A program made the position numbers and the translations under genes. Of a DNA stretch of 64,000 nucleotides, positions 1 through 9,585 are shown in pieces. The DNA comes from a virus (lineage: Duplodnaviria; Caudoviricetes), in IMG/VR virus record IMGVR_UViG_3300032770_000022, positions 1,142 through 65,141 of that record. One strand, 5' to 3'. The first letter of the stretch is position 1. Each line of letters opens with the position of its first letter. Below the pieces are notes generated by a model. It saw only the letters and a list, made by a program, of their open reading frames with translations. It did not search any database and was not told where the DNA came from.

Positions 1-1
1 G

Positions 2-1621
2 CTGTGGCCCCCTGACGCCTTCTCTGGTGGCGGAGGCGACTGGCATGTCTTCTTCCCCTACGGCATCGCCTCGGCGACCTGGACCGGGGGCACGCTGACC
101 GTCACCACGAAAGACCCGACGATAGGGGTCAATGTCGGCTCGGTCTTCATGATCACCATCTATGGTGCAGACCAGGCAGGCTACAACGCGGCGAACGTTG
201 TCATGACGCTGACCGGCGCGAACACCATGACCGCTCCGCTCGCCGATCCCGGCGCCGCAACGGCAACTTCGACGATGAAGGTGACGTTCGGCGGGACGAC
301 GATCAACGTTTCATCGATCACCTGGTCATCTGGAATCGCGACGCTGACGACCGCGACGCCGCATGGGCAGGCAGGGACCGTGACGGGCACGGTGGCGAAC
401 GCATGGCCCTATAAGTACAACGGCGCCCAGACCATGACGGTCACCGGCTCCAGCACGCTGACCTATCCGCTGGCGACCACCAACTTCTTCACCGGCCAGG
501 CGGCAAGCGCTTCACTGTTCTACAATCCCGCAATGGCTCCCGGATATTCCCCGGTCTACAACTCCTTCACCAACTACTGGACATACTGCATCAGCCGCGC
601 CTATTTCGAGACCGGCACGCCGAACGGTCCAACTTTGACCGACGCGTGCGACCCGACGCTTCCGGGCGCGAACTTCGACTATTACACGCTGTTGGAACAG
701 GCGCTCTTCGGCTTCATCCAGAACGGAGCATCCGATCCCTCGGGATGGGCGCCGCAGATGAGAACGGCGATCAATGCCGGTATCCTCAAAGGGGGTTCAA
801 GACCATGGAAGCGGTGCATCGCGGGTCCCAGCTCCTACGTCGGCCCCGGCGATGTGGTTCCCGGAGCCTCATGGTGGGGCGGCCTTCGGGCCTACAATGC
901 TGCGGCGGCAGCGGCCGGTATGACGGCGATCACACTGCTGCGCGCGAGTGACAGCGCGACGATGGACATCCATGTGCTCTCCGACGGCTCTCTCGACGTG
1001 GCGACCGCCGCGACATTCCTCGCCAGCACGACCGGCGTCGTCACGACGATCTGGGACCAGACCGGGCACGGGAACAACGTCCAGTCGATCGTGGCGAACG
1101 ATCAGCCGTTCCCGTTCGTCCTCAACGCCAAGGGAAGCCTGCCGGCCATGCAGGGTGACGGCGTGCATTACGTCGGCGCCACGGCGACCAATGCGGTGAC
1201 GGTAGGGACCGGCTATCCGTCGATGGCGATGGTTGCGCAGCCCGCCGGCTCCAACGTCGGCGCGCTGCTCGAGATACGGGACCAATTGTTCAACTTCAGT
1301 TTCAGCGACGTGGGCGGCACGCAGGCGCACATGTATGGGGGCAGTTTCCTCCAGGCGAACTGCGCGGATGGCGTCTGGCACTCGGCTCTCGGCGTGTTCG
1401 GCCCGAGCGCCATCGCGACCATCGATGGCGTGGACACGACCGGCAGCACCGGCTCGACGCCTTCGAGCGGCGTCGCCACCGTTGGCGTGGGCTGGAACGG
1501 CGGCGTCGAACCGTTCGATGGGCTGTTCGGCGAGGTGGGCGTCTGGGGCAGCTACGCCTTCACTCCCACGGACCGGGCGAATCTCTACGCCAACCAGAAG
1601 GCGTACTGGGGCACGGCGTGA
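2..1621 (+). CDS. Virion fibre/decoration-like protein (5'-truncated); T/A/G-rich beta modules plus a C-terminal LamG/concanavalin-like region
   Basis: Frame is open from position 2. Repeated S/A-x-TWxxG..T.TT modules; C-terminal 'VTTIWDQTGHGN...FDGLFGEVGVW...NQKAYWG' resembles LamG-like fibre ends. Confidence 0.55.
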   Translation: MWPPDAFSGGGGDWHVFFPYGIASATWTGGTLTVTTKDPTIGVNVGSVFMITIYGADQAGYNAANVVMTLTGANTMTAPLADPGAATATSTMKVTFGGTTINVSSITWSSGIATLTTATPHGQAGTVTGTVANAWPYKYNGAQTMTVTGSSTLTYPLATTNFFTGQAASASLFYNPAMAPGYSPVYNSFTNYWTYCISRAYFETGTPNGPTLTDACDPTLPGANFDYYTLLEQALFGFIQNGASDPSGWAPQMRTAINAGILKGGSRPWKRCIAGPSSYVGPGDVVPGASWWGGLRAYNAAAAAAGMTAITLLRASDSATMDIHVLSDGSLDVATAATFLASTTGVVTTIWDQTGHGNNVQSIVANDQPFPFVLNAKGSLPAMQGDGVHYVGATATNAVTVGTGYPSMAMVAQPAGSNVGALLEIRDQLFNFSFSDVGGTQAHMYGGSFLQANCADGVWHSALGVFGPSAIATIDGVDTTGSTGSTPSSGVATVGVGWNGGVEPFDGLFGEVGVWGSYAFTPTDRANLYANQKAYWGTA

Positions 1622-1625
1622 AGCA

Positions 1626-1642
1626 TTGACAAACGGAACAGG
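1626..1642 (+). promoter_or_regulatory. TTGACAAACGGAACAGG promoter/operator motif, copy 1
   Basis: Perfect -35 TTGACA; the identical 17-mer occurs at 31941-31957. Confidence 0.55.
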
Positions 1643-1660
1643 CTAGTCCATGGGCGGAAC

Positions 1661-1870
1661 ATGGCCAGTGAATATGAGTTCGATCCCATCAGGTTCGGCA
1701 GCCGCCTGAGAGAGGCCGTGGCCAAGCGGGAATTGACGATCCGCGGTGCCGCCGAGGCGATCGGCGTGTCGCAGACCACGCTCCACCGCACAATGCACGG
1801 CGGCGTCCCGAACGCACGCAACTACGCGAAGATGAATGCCTGGATTGAACGACCGAAAGGGAAATCGTGA
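1661..1870 (+). CDS. XRE-family HTH transcriptional regulator
   Basis: 'LTIRGAAEAIGVSQTTLHR' HTH motif, 69 aa. Confidence 0.75.
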   Translation: MASEYEFDPIRFGSRLREAVAKRELTIRGAAEAIGVSQTTLHRTMHGGVPNARNYAKMNAWIERPKGKS

Positions 1871-2922
1871 TGCCGCACAGCTATATCAAGTTCCCCCGAG
1901 CGCACCACGACATCGAGCCGTGGTATTACCTGACCGATCTCTATGCCGCATACGGTTTCCCGCGCAATCTGCCGGGCGGCGGCATCATCGGCATCGGCGA
2001 GCTTGGCGGCGGCTGGGTTCAGTCCGACATGGATGACTTCTTCAGGCGCAACAGATTGCCATGGCCGTCGATTACCGATGTATCGGTGCGGGGCGCGATC
2101 AACAACCGTGATCCATCTGACGACGCCTCTGGCGAGGTGACGCTGGATGTCCAGATCGCATCCAGCGTCTACAGCTATTGCACCGGCAAGGCCGCGATGG
2201 TGCGCATGTACTGGGCACCGAACGACGACACCGCTATCCCCGACGCGACGAAGATGGCGGCAGCGGACGGCTGCGATGTCATGTCGTGGTCCTGGGGCGA
2301 GGACGAGGCACGTGCAGGCGCAGGGTGCCAAGCGATGGAGACCGTCGCAGAGGCGGCGACCGCAGGCGGCATGACGATCACGGCGGCGGCGGGCGACAAC
2401 GACTCCTCGGACGGCGGCCCGACGCCGGCCAACGTGGACTCCCCGGCCTCTTGCCCTCACGTCCTGGCCTGCGGCGGCACGCGCATGCCGCGCAACGGCC
2501 CGGAGACGGTCTGGAACAACGCCCCCGGCAACTCGGACGGCGATGGCACCGGGGGCGGCTTTTCCAGCGTGTTCCCGATACCGGCGTGGCAGGCTCCCTA
2601 CTTTTCCGGCAAGACCGGCCGCGTTGTGCCGGATGTGGCGGCGAACGCCGATCCGGCGACGGGCTATGCGATCGTGAGAAGGAACCGTGTGGAGATCATG
2701 GGGGGCACCTCGGCGGTGGCGCCATTGTGGGCCGGGTTTATTGCTGCCTGCGGTCCCAAGCGTGGCTTCATCAATCCCAAGATCTGGGCCAATCCCGCCG
2801 CGTTCATGCAGGCGATCGCTGGGGACAACGGCCTGTATTCGCAGCCACCGGTCCCTGGTCCCTGCTCCGGCATGGGACGGCCGATCGGCGACCAGTTCGC
2901 AGCGTTGCTGCTAGGAGCCTGA
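1867..2922 (+). CDS. S53 (sedolisin/kumamolisin-like) serine-carboxyl peptidase lacking the prodomain
   Basis: ExxLD (EVTLD), SWSWG, AAAGDND, PDVAANADP and GGTSAVAPLWAG motifs. Confidence 0.9.
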   Translation: MMPHSYIKFPRAHHDIEPWYYLTDLYAAYGFPRNLPGGGIIGIGELGGGWVQSDMDDFFRRNRLPWPSITDVSVRGAINNRDPSDDASGEVTLDVQIASSVYSYCTGKAAMVRMYWAPNDDTAIPDATKMAAADGCDVMSWSWGEDEARAGAGCQAMETVAEAATAGGMTITAAAGDNDSSDGGPTPANVDSPASCPHVLACGGTRMPRNGPETVWNNAPGNSDGDGTGGGFSSVFPIPAWQAPYFSGKTGRVVPDVAANADPATGYAIVRRNRVEIMGGTSAVAPLWAGFIAACGPKRGFINPKIWANPAAFMQAIAGDNGLYSQPPVPGPCSGMGRPIGDQFAALLLGA

Positions 2923-2923
2923 C

Positions 2924-3154
2924 ATGAGCGGAACCACTACGCCTGCACCACTGATCTCCAGCAGCCCTGCCAATCAGGCCACGGCTGCTGCCAGCAATGT
3001 GGCGGCTGCGGCGGTCATGACCATCTTGATCTGGGTCACCACCGCATTTTTTCATGTGGACATACCGTCCCAGGTGGCGGTGGCGATGGGGTCTTTGGTC
3101 GGCATGGGCGTCCACTGGGCGGTGCTGAAATACGGGATACCGACACCGCCATGA
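2924..3154 (+). CDS. Putative holin (two TM helices)
   Basis: 76 aa with two hydrophobic segments; lies upstream of the endolysin. Confidence 0.5.
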   Translation: MSGTTTPAPLISSSPANQATAAASNVAAAAVMTILIWVTTAFFHVDIPSQVAVAMGSLVGMGVHWAVLKYGIPTPP

Positions 3155-3447
3155 GGCACCTCGCAGCCGTCGTCGCCGCCATGATGGTCTCGACTGCGTC
3201 GGCGCCATCCCACGAGATTGTGGAGGTCATGCCAGGCTGCCTGTCCGCCTGGCGTGAGCTGCCGGTGCCGGAACCCGCCGGCAGATACGTGATGACCTAC
3301 GAGGCAAAGATCGCGGCCCCGGTGGGACTTGTGCGGATTGTTGCGGCAAACGGAAAGCCTGTCGCGACCCTGCAATCCGGCGATGACCGCGTGTGGACCT
3401 GCGACTGGCCGACAAGGCCCTCTCCTGGTTCTCCCCCGGACAGTTGA
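3151..3447 (+). CDS. Hypothetical secreted protein
   Basis: Signal-peptide-like N-terminus; ATGA overlap with upstream gene. Confidence 0.5.
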   Translation: MRHLAAVVAAMMVSTASAPSHEIVEVMPGCLSAWRELPVPEPAGRYVMTYEAKIAAPVGLVRIVAANGKPVATLQSGDDRVWTCDWPTRPSPGSPPDS

Positions 3448-3460
3448 GAGGCAAAGTCCC

Positions 3461-4021
3461 ATGCGCAATATCGTCCTAACTCTTGCCGCCGTTGTCGCGC
3501 TCGCCGGCTGCACCAATCCCCAGCCGATCACGAACCAACCGGGCAGCGCGCTCCTGAACACGGCCGAGAACACGCCGGCCGGCAAGGTGTTCATTCAGGA
3601 TGCGCTCGACACCGGATACAATCTCAATCAGGCGGTGACGATCGGCGTGCTGCCCGCGACCGATCTCGTCGTCGGCTGTGTCAATGACGAGCTGACGAAG
3701 CTTGGCTTCGACCCCGCGACTGGCGCGCCTCTCCCCGGTCCTGCTGTCAAGTCGTTCGTGCCGAAGATCGGCGGTGTCGGGTCGTTTGCCTCCGTCGCCT
3801 ACATCGACATCCATCAATTCCAGCAGGCGGGCGGCCTGTCGATCCCAGACCCGAGTCCTGCCTGCTTGGCGGTAATCGGATGGATACACTTCCAGGCGCT
3901 CAAGGCGGCAGCGCAGGGCGGCATCAGTCTCGTGGCAGGTCCGGGGCTGTCTTCGATCCTGAACGGCCTGGCCGGCGGTGGTCTTGGCGCGGTCATCGGC
4001 CAGTTGCCGAAGTTGCCATGA
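3461..4021 (+). CDS. Lipoprotein (possible spanin-region protein)
   Basis: MRNIVLTLAAVVALAGC lipobox from ATG 3461. Confidence 0.6.
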   Translation: MRNIVLTLAAVVALAGCTNPQPITNQPGSALLNTAENTPAGKVFIQDALDTGYNLNQAVTIGVLPATDLVVGCVNDELTKLGFDPATGAPLPGPAVKSFVPKIGGVGSFASVAYIDIHQFQQAGGLSIPDPSPACLAVIGWIHFQALKAAAQGGISLVAGPGLSSILNGLAGGGLGAVIGQLPKLP

Positions 4022-4203
4022 GTGCTGAGCATCCAGTCGGGGCTTGGCGTCAAGCCGGCTGGTTTCGAATGACCAAGCGCGAGCAGGAGCTGGAGCATGC
4101 AATCTCTTACTGGCTAGATGGCAGTCGTAAATCGGCCGAATTCATGAATTACGTAGCGGCACTAATCCGTGAATTGCACACTTTGCCAAAGAGGGAAGCA
4201 TGA
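4018..4203 (+). CDS. Hypothetical protein
   Basis: ATGA coupling on both sides. Confidence 0.45.
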   Translation: MSAEHPVGAWRQAGWFRMTKREQELEHAISYWLDGSRKSAEFMNYVAALIRELHTLPKREA

Positions 4204-4631
4204 GCGCGCTCGATCCCGAATATGACCACATCTGGGCTGAGTATCAGGAAGCCTCCCGCGCCAAGGGCCGCTACGGCGTGCCGCGCGGTTACTTCGACGA
4301 TCCGGCGCAGGCGATGCAACTAGCGATCGACCTGCTGGCGGCAGTGCCGATGCCGGAGATGATGAACCCGATGCCTCCCCGCGAAGGCTTGGACGTTGGT
4401 ATGGGCGCATACAAAGAGGCTGAGGCCCGGTTTCTTTTGGCGTGCGATGCGTGGATCGCAACTCGCCAGCCTCTCATAGCAAACGCCGCCGCGCACAAGA
4501 AGCGCGAAGCCGAGGAACGTGAAGCGCGGTTCCAGGTTGCCAATGCTGCGATCCATCTGGCGTGGCATATCCGCGCCCGCGCCCGACCTGAACGGTTGCT
4601 GACGCCGGAGATGCCGACCAAGGAGGACTGA
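4200..4631 (+). CDS. Hypothetical protein
   Basis: ORF in operon, ATGA overlap. Confidence 0.55.
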   Translation: MSALDPEYDHIWAEYQEASRAKGRYGVPRGYFDDPAQAMQLAIDLLAAVPMPEMMNPMPPREGLDVGMGAYKEAEARFLLACDAWIATRQPLIANAAAHKKREAEEREARFQVANAAIHLAWHIRARARPERLLTPEMPTKED

Positions 4632-4633
4632 CC

Positions 4634-4984
4634 ATGCCAGCGATCATCAAGGTGGCGGACGGCGTCACCGATGCGCGCATCCGCCGGTTCCTGCCGCCAG
4701 ACCACCGGATTGCTGCCGTGCGGCCCATGGGAGATCGGCGTGAGTTGCTGATCGAAGGACCGATGCTGCCGAAGGATCAGACCGTCGAGGCGGTTCTGCT
4801 GAGCGGCATGACCGCCCTGGACTTCATATCGCGCGACAACTTCCAAGTCATTGCCTCGTGGCTGTTCGACGGCCGGCCAGACCCCGCAGGACGCACATGG
4901 GAGGTCGGCATATGGCCGTCGGCAGAGGCGTTCAGCGACGAGATGGCGAAGTTGGATGAGAACCGGCGTGCTGACCGTCATTGA
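4634..4984 (+). CDS. Hypothetical protein
   Basis: AGGAGG RBS upstream. Confidence 0.55.
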   Translation: MPAIIKVADGVTDARIRRFLPPDHRIAAVRPMGDRRELLIEGPMLPKDQTVEAVLLSGMTALDFISRDNFQVIASWLFDGRPDPAGRTWEVGIWPSAEAFSDEMAKLDENRRADRH

Positions 4985-5555
4985 CCTGAGCCATTGGAAC
5001 CCCGTCACCGATTGGGATGCCGTCGCTGCAAGCGGCGTCGTCGGGGTGCTGCACAAATTCAGCCAGGGTGCGGACGAGCGCGATCCAGCTTACGTCGAAC
5101 ACAAGGCCGAAGCGATGTCGCGCGGTCTGCTCTGGGGTCGCTACCACTTCGGCGACAACAGCAACGTATCGGCGCAGGTGGACAACTTCCTCGGCGGCTG
5201 GACGCCAGGCGAGGCTCTGGCATTGGATTTCGAGCGCGGCAACAGAACGATGCTGCTGACGCAGGCCAGGGCATTCGCAACGATGGTGCTCAACCGCACC
5301 GGCATCTGGCCACTGCTTTACAGTGGCTCGCTGCTCAAGGACGACGAGTATCTTGGCGGCGAGCCTGGCGTTCTTCTGCATTGTCGCCTGTGGCTCGCCG
5401 AATATGGTCCGACCGCTGTTCTGCCTCGGGGCTGGTCGTCCTACTGGCTCTGGCAGGACACCGACACTGGCTCTGTGCCGGGGATCAAAGGCAACGTGGA
5501 CATCGACCGCTTCGACGGCGATCTGGAGACGCTGACGAAGGGATGGGCGGTATGA
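4968..5555 (+). CDS. GH25 muramidase (endolysin)
   Basis: 'IDLSHWN', 'GRYHF', 'ALDFE' (DxE), 'LWLAEY', 'WQ..T..G.VPGI.GNVDID'; start is GTG 4968 or ATG 4956. Confidence 0.9.
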   Translation: MLTVIDLSHWNPVTDWDAVAASGVVGVLHKFSQGADERDPAYVEHKAEAMSRGLLWGRYHFGDNSNVSAQVDNFLGGWTPGEALALDFERGNRTMLLTQARAFATMVLNRTGIWPLLYSGSLLKDDEYLGGEPGVLLHCRLWLAEYGPTAVLPRGWSSYWLWQDTDTGSVPGIKGNVDIDRFDGDLETLTKGWAV

Positions 5556-5740
5556 GCAAAGACGATGACTTTCTTCAAGCGCTAGATAGGATAGTTACGG
5601 AGCTATCCGAACGTCCTATCGAGATCGACGCTCGCCGCGTTCAATGGTGTTTGGATCATGACATCTCGCCATTTTGCTTGGTTGCTGATGGTGGCATTGA
5701 AGCTTGGCAACTTGTGACAGATAGGGAACTCGCGCAATGA
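5552..5740 (+). CDS. Hypothetical protein
   Basis: ATGA-coupled small ORF. Confidence 0.45.
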   Translation: MSKDDDFLQALDRIVTELSERPIEIDARRVQWCLDHDISPFCLVADGGIEAWQLVTDRELAQ

Positions 5741-6618
5741 GCGGCGGCACTGACACCGGCATCGACGGCAGCACCATCGACAGCAACGACTACGACGGCG
5801 GCCCGAGCGCCGATGTGAGCGCGTCAACGTCCACCGACAGCTACCTCGGCTATGCCCTTGGAATGTACGACGCAGGGCCGGGCGTCATCGGCGGCATTGC
5901 CAGCGTGATTGAGCAAGCGGCCCTGGATGTCGCGGCAGTCGCCGCCACGCCGCAGGGCTACGGCATGGGCTATAGCACCGACCCGAACGCTGCGGTTGAT
6001 GTGTCTGCGGACGGAAATGACCTCGGCCCCAACTTCACCGCATTCGCTGAGGGAGACGAAATGGTCTCCGGCGCAATCGTCCTCGGTGCATTGGCCGCCG
6101 GCAACGGTCCACTGTTCATCGGCACTGTCAACGGCGCTCCGGTGATGAGCCTGGAGTGGCAGCCTGGATTGATTCAGTTCACAGTGAACGCGTCGGCCGC
6201 CTATCAGGACGTGGCCAACGGCAATGCCGGCGCGACGCTGGCGACGGAGTACACCGCATCGGGCTGGCAGCTCGTTGACACCCACAGCGGCGTTGTCATC
6301 GGCTCGCCGACTTTCCCCAGCAACACTGATGTTGCAACCGCTGTGTCCGAGGGGGCGATCGTCGCGGCGAATGCTGGCGCCTACCTCTGGTTTTCCGCTA
6401 TCGGCAACACGCCGGTGATGAGCCTGGACGATTTTGCTCCCTATGCGGCGCCGTTCAAGATCGACGCATCTGCGGCAGCGGCAGACATACTCAAGGGCGG
6501 TGGTAGCGGCGCCCTCGTGGCCGTGGATCGTTTTGGCGGCGTGCCAGGAATAAGCCTTGTGGACTCCCACACCGCGATGATCGTGGGAAGCGAGGCAACC
6601 TCAAGCAGTGGCACTTAG
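5737..6618 (+). CDS. Acidic hypothetical protein with an internal ~80-aa duplication
   Basis: Two copies of GAIV...PVMSL...AS(A)A...LVD(T/S)H...(V/I)GS. Confidence 0.6.
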   Translation: MSGGTDTGIDGSTIDSNDYDGGPSADVSASTSTDSYLGYALGMYDAGPGVIGGIASVIEQAALDVAAVAATPQGYGMGYSTDPNAAVDVSADGNDLGPNFTAFAEGDEMVSGAIVLGALAAGNGPLFIGTVNGAPVMSLEWQPGLIQFTVNASAAYQDVANGNAGATLATEYTASGWQLVDTHSGVVIGSPTFPSNTDVATAVSEGAIVAANAGAYLWFSAIGNTPVMSLDDFAPYAAPFKIDASAAAADILKGGGSGALVAVDRFGGVPGISLVDSHTAMIVGSEATSSSGT

Positions 6619-6631
6619 TGGGGGTGGAAGC

Positions 6632-6781
6632 ATGAGCGAGACCCTATTTACGCCCGAGCAACTAGCGGAGTTCGAGCGGCGATTACCAGAAGTCCTGCGC
6701 AAAGTGGAAGAAGACCTCAAGCGATGGCGCGAAGAGATGGCGGTTGATCGCGATCTGCTTGATCTGCCGGTGACGATATGA
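6632..6781 (+). CDS. Small hypothetical protein
   Basis: MSETLFTPEQLAEFERR..., read by hand; coupled to the next ORF. Confidence 0.4.
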   Translation: MSETLFTPEQLAEFERRLPEVLRKVEEDLKRWREEMAVDRDLLDLPVTI

Positions 6782-6921
6782 AAACGCTCCTTATCCTGCT
6801 GCTCTTAGGCGCCTGCACGGCGGCGCCGCTGTCGTCCGACCCATCGGACAGTGTCTGGCTTGGCGGCCCTACGGCGGCGTGCCAGGCGCGCGTCGGTGCG
6901 GATGGGCAGGTCGGGTGCTGA
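6778..6921 (+). CDS. Small lipoprotein
   Basis: MKRSLILLLLGAC lipobox, read by hand. Confidence 0.45.
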   Translation: MKTLLILLLLGACTAAPLSSDPSDSVWLGGPTAACQARVGADGQVGC

Positions 6922-7118
6922 TCCTGGTCGCCGCCTTAGCGACCACGCCATCAATCGCCGACCGCGAGAACTTCGTTCGATGGGCGCGGTGCGAATACGT
7001 GGCCGGCGTGTTCACCTATGCGCAGATGAAGCTCGTGACCGGCGCCGACTGGCCGCATTGGTATGCGCTTCTCACTGAAAATGGCACGGCGGACTGCCCT
7101 TGGGATGCGTTCAGATGA
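6915..7118 (+). CDS. Small hypothetical (secreted?) protein
   Basis: Hydrophobic N-terminus; overlaps neighbours. Confidence 0.35.
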   Translation: MLILVAALATTPSIADRENFVRWARCEYVAGVFTYAQMKLVTGADWPHWYALLTENGTADCPWDAFR

Positions 7119-7726
7119 GAGGGATACCAGTAGACATTTCCGGCAGACGTTATGGACGCCTAGTGGCCATCGAGCGGCTTGGTTTCAGGAAAGGTGAGGC
7201 GCTATGGAAGTGCCTGTGTGATTGCGGGACTTCAAGAATTGTTCCGCTGCGATGTCTAAGAGGAGGCATTTCGTCATCCTGCGGCTGTCATCGGCGAGAC
7301 AGAATGAAGGCGCTTGCCTTTCGTCATGGGGAAACGGGAACGCCAACTCATAGATCGTGGTCTTCAATGAAGCAAAGGTGCACCAATCCAGCAGTTATAT
7401 CGTGGAAGTATTATGGCGCCAAAGGGATTAGGGTATGCAACAGATGGAATGTATTTGCTAATTTTCTTGCCGATATGGGAGAAAGACCGCCGGGGACTTC
7501 TCTAGAGCGTCTAGACAATACCCGTGACTATTGCCCCGAAAACTGCGTGTGGGCTACTCCTCAACAACAATGTAGGAACAAGCGGACCAACCGCTTGGTG
7601 ACCTATGATGGGCAAACCAAGCCATTGGCACAGTGGGCAGATGAGGTCGGGATAAACAGGAAGGCCCTTGCTGCCAGACTAAAACGAGGGTGGACCTTAG
7701 AAAAAGCGTTCACAAGTCCGATCTGA
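7115..7726 (+). CDS. Phage HNH-type homing endonuclease-like protein
   Basis: 'YGRLV..WKCLCDCG..SCGC', 'SMKQRC.NP', 'SLERLDN..DYCPENCVWAT..Q..N'; visibly lower GC than flanks. Confidence 0.8.
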   Translation: MRGIPVDISGRRYGRLVAIERLGFRKGEALWKCLCDCGTSRIVPLRCLRGGISSSCGCHRRDRMKALAFRHGETGTPTHRSWSSMKQRCTNPAVISWKYYGAKGIRVCNRWNVFANFLADMGERPPGTSLERLDNTRDYCPENCVWATPQQQCRNKRTNRLVTYDGQTKPLAQWADEVGINRKALAARLKRGWTLEKAFTSPI

Positions 7727-7733
7727 TCGTTCT

Positions 7734-7889
7734 TTACGGATTGTCGGGGCAACGGCAATCCGCCGTGCGAGTGGGAGGCGTTTCGGTAGTTTTCGGCGGC
7801 TTGTGCCCGTCGCTCCATTCGCAGACGCCATCGGCGTGCCATGTCTTGCACTTGCAGTGCGGGCAGTACTGCACCGTCTCTGTTGCCAT
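7734..7889 (-). CDS. Small Cys-rich protein
   Basis: CPHC...C motif. Confidence 0.35.
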   Translation of the reverse strand: MATETVQYCPHCKCKTWHADGVCEWSDGHKPPKTTETPPTRTADCRCPDNP

Positions 7890-8380
7890 CACTTCCCTCC
7901 CGCCGCCCGCCGGATTACGGCGGCGAAATGGTCGCATCCGTCAGCCCAAGTCCTATCAGCCGAAAACCACGGATTATTCCACTTGTCGGCTTCGCAAATC
8001 TTCGCCGCCTCTTCCATCCCCGCCGCGCGGGCCCGGGTAATTTCGCGGAGACGGCCCTCAGCAATTATGCCCATGGCGTAGGCTTCGTCCATCCATTTTT
8101 TAATCTCCGCCTCGAGCGAGGCGGTGCGATCGAGCGACGCCTTTAGATCAGCAGCCAAGGCGCGATGTTTTTCATACGGCACGAATGTACCGTCAGCGGA
8201 GGACTGATAATGCGGCTCCTCTGCTTCTGCTAATTCTGCGGCTAACTTCGTGCACTCCGCTTCGAGCGCGGCGATGCGGTCGGCGGCTTCTCTGAGCAGC
8301 TTACTGATGGTCAAACCGAGTGGAATGCCATCGTGTTGAACGGTGCGCAGCCGCTGGATCAGGTCATCGGTGTTGTCCAT
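7889..8380 (-). CDS. Coiled-coil hypothetical phage protein
   Basis: 'LIQRLR..LLREAADRIAALEAE' and 'GMEEAAKICE' motifs typical of small early phage genes. Confidence 0.6.
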   Translation of the reverse strand: MDNTDDLIQRLRTVQHDGIPLGLTISKLLREAADRIAALEAECTKLAAELAEAEEPHYQSSADGTFVPYEKHRALAADLKASLDRTASLEAEIKKWMDEAYAMGIIAEGRLREITRARAAGMEEAAKICEADKWNNPWFSADRTWADGCDHFAAVIRRAAGGK

Positions 8381-8381
8381 C

Positions 8382-8630
8382 CTATCCTCCATCCACGCGA
8401 CCGGCCGCTCTCCGCAGCATTCCGACCGTGATTATCCCCGGTGGTTTGTCGTCTTCTGGCGCGCCATCATCATGCAGATCGTCCTCCCACCATATCATCT
8501 CGAAAGCATGACCATCTGGCAGTCCCTCAAGATCACCAGCGGCTTTTAGCACTTGGTCGCGCAGTTCGCGCAGTCTCTTGACCTCCGCACGAAGCACACG
8601 AAGTTCCATCTCGGGACTTATCGCTGTCAT
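8382..8630 (-). CDS. Hypothetical protein between 21-bp direct repeats
   Basis: GGAGGAGG RBS before ATG 8630. Confidence 0.55.
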   Translation of the reverse strand: MTAISPEMELRVLRAEVKRLRELRDQVLKAAGDLEGLPDGHAFEMIWWEDDLHDDGAPEDDKPPGIITVGMLRRAAGRVDGG

Positions 8631-8655
8631 TTCCTCCTCCATCCACGCGACCGGC
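8385..8655. repeat. 21-bp perfect direct repeat TCCTCCATCCACGCGACCGGC (8385-8405, 8635-8655)
   Basis: Seen directly; contains the GGAGGA RBS on the minus strand. Confidence 0.85.
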
Positions 8656-8695
8656 ACGCCGCACAGCCCGGCGATCGTCAGCCAGTGCCAGCGTT

Positions 8696-8893
8696 TCACA
8701 ACAGTCCACGAGCGTCAGCCGTAATATCGTCCCAACTCTTTTCCAGTTCTTCGAACACGCGAAATCGCTGCGGCTCAGAGAGATCGCTTTGTCGGACTTC
8801 TTCAATGAACTCATGAAACTCATCCCACGATAGCGCCGACAGCCGCCCCGCCGTCGCCAGCATCTGCTCGAACAGCTCGTCGAGGATGGTCAT
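8696..8893 (-). CDS. Hypothetical acidic protein
   Basis: ORF in leftward operon. Confidence 0.45.
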   Translation of the reverse strand: MTILDELFEQMLATAGRLSALSWDEFHEFIEEVRQSDLSEPQRFRVFEELEKSWDDITADARGLL

Positions 8894-8981
8894 AGGCGGC
8901 ATACCCTGCATTGAAGCCCCCGGAATAGATCGTGCTGGCGATATACGCACTCGATCCACCAGATCATGCTATCCTCCAGCG

Positions 8982-9257
8982 ATGAAACGAGACGCCGCAC
9001 ATCTCCGCTGGGTCCGGTCCCTGCCGTGCTGCGTGCGCGGATGCCATGGCAGTCCGATCCAGGCACACCATGTCAGGTCGGCGGCGACGGCCGGAATCGG
9101 CCTGAAACCGGACGATCGGTCTGTTGTTGCTATGTGCCATGAACATCACCGGGAAGGGCATCAGAAGGGCTGGAAGTGGTTCGAGGCGACGTACCAGATC
9201 GATCTGGCGAGCGAGGCGGCGTTCCTGTCCAGAGCGTCGCGCATACCGATGCCGTGA
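8982..9257 (+). CDS. DUF968-like putative Zn-binding HNH nuclease
   Basis: 'HLRWVRSLPCCV..C...AHH...G.GLKPDD...MCHEHH..H'. Confidence 0.75.
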   Translation: MKRDAAHLRWVRSLPCCVRGCHGSPIQAHHVRSAATAGIGLKPDDRSVVAMCHEHHREGHQKGWKWFEATYQIDLASEAAFLSRASRIPMP

Positions 9258-9585
9258 CGGCGGGGCATGCCGCTCGAGCGCGGATCAGCGCCTGGACGGT
9301 GCGCAGGGGATGCACGACGGTCTGCTGCCCGAGGAAGCCGTGCCGGAAGCAGGCGAGCCGGTATCCGCCAGAATGCCCCGGCGCGGGCTTCCTACGCATG
9401 CTGGGCGGGTTCTGGGCCTTCCCCCCTGGTGGGGTGCGGGGAAGCCGTCGGCGCCATCCTGCGCGTCCTGGGGCGGTTCTAGGCCCATGCGAGCCTCCAG
9501 AGCATCAGGAACAGTTCGGCGGCGGTCGCTGTGAGCAGGAGCGCGGAGAGGATGCCGCGAGCGGGGGCCAGATCATCGTCGTCGG

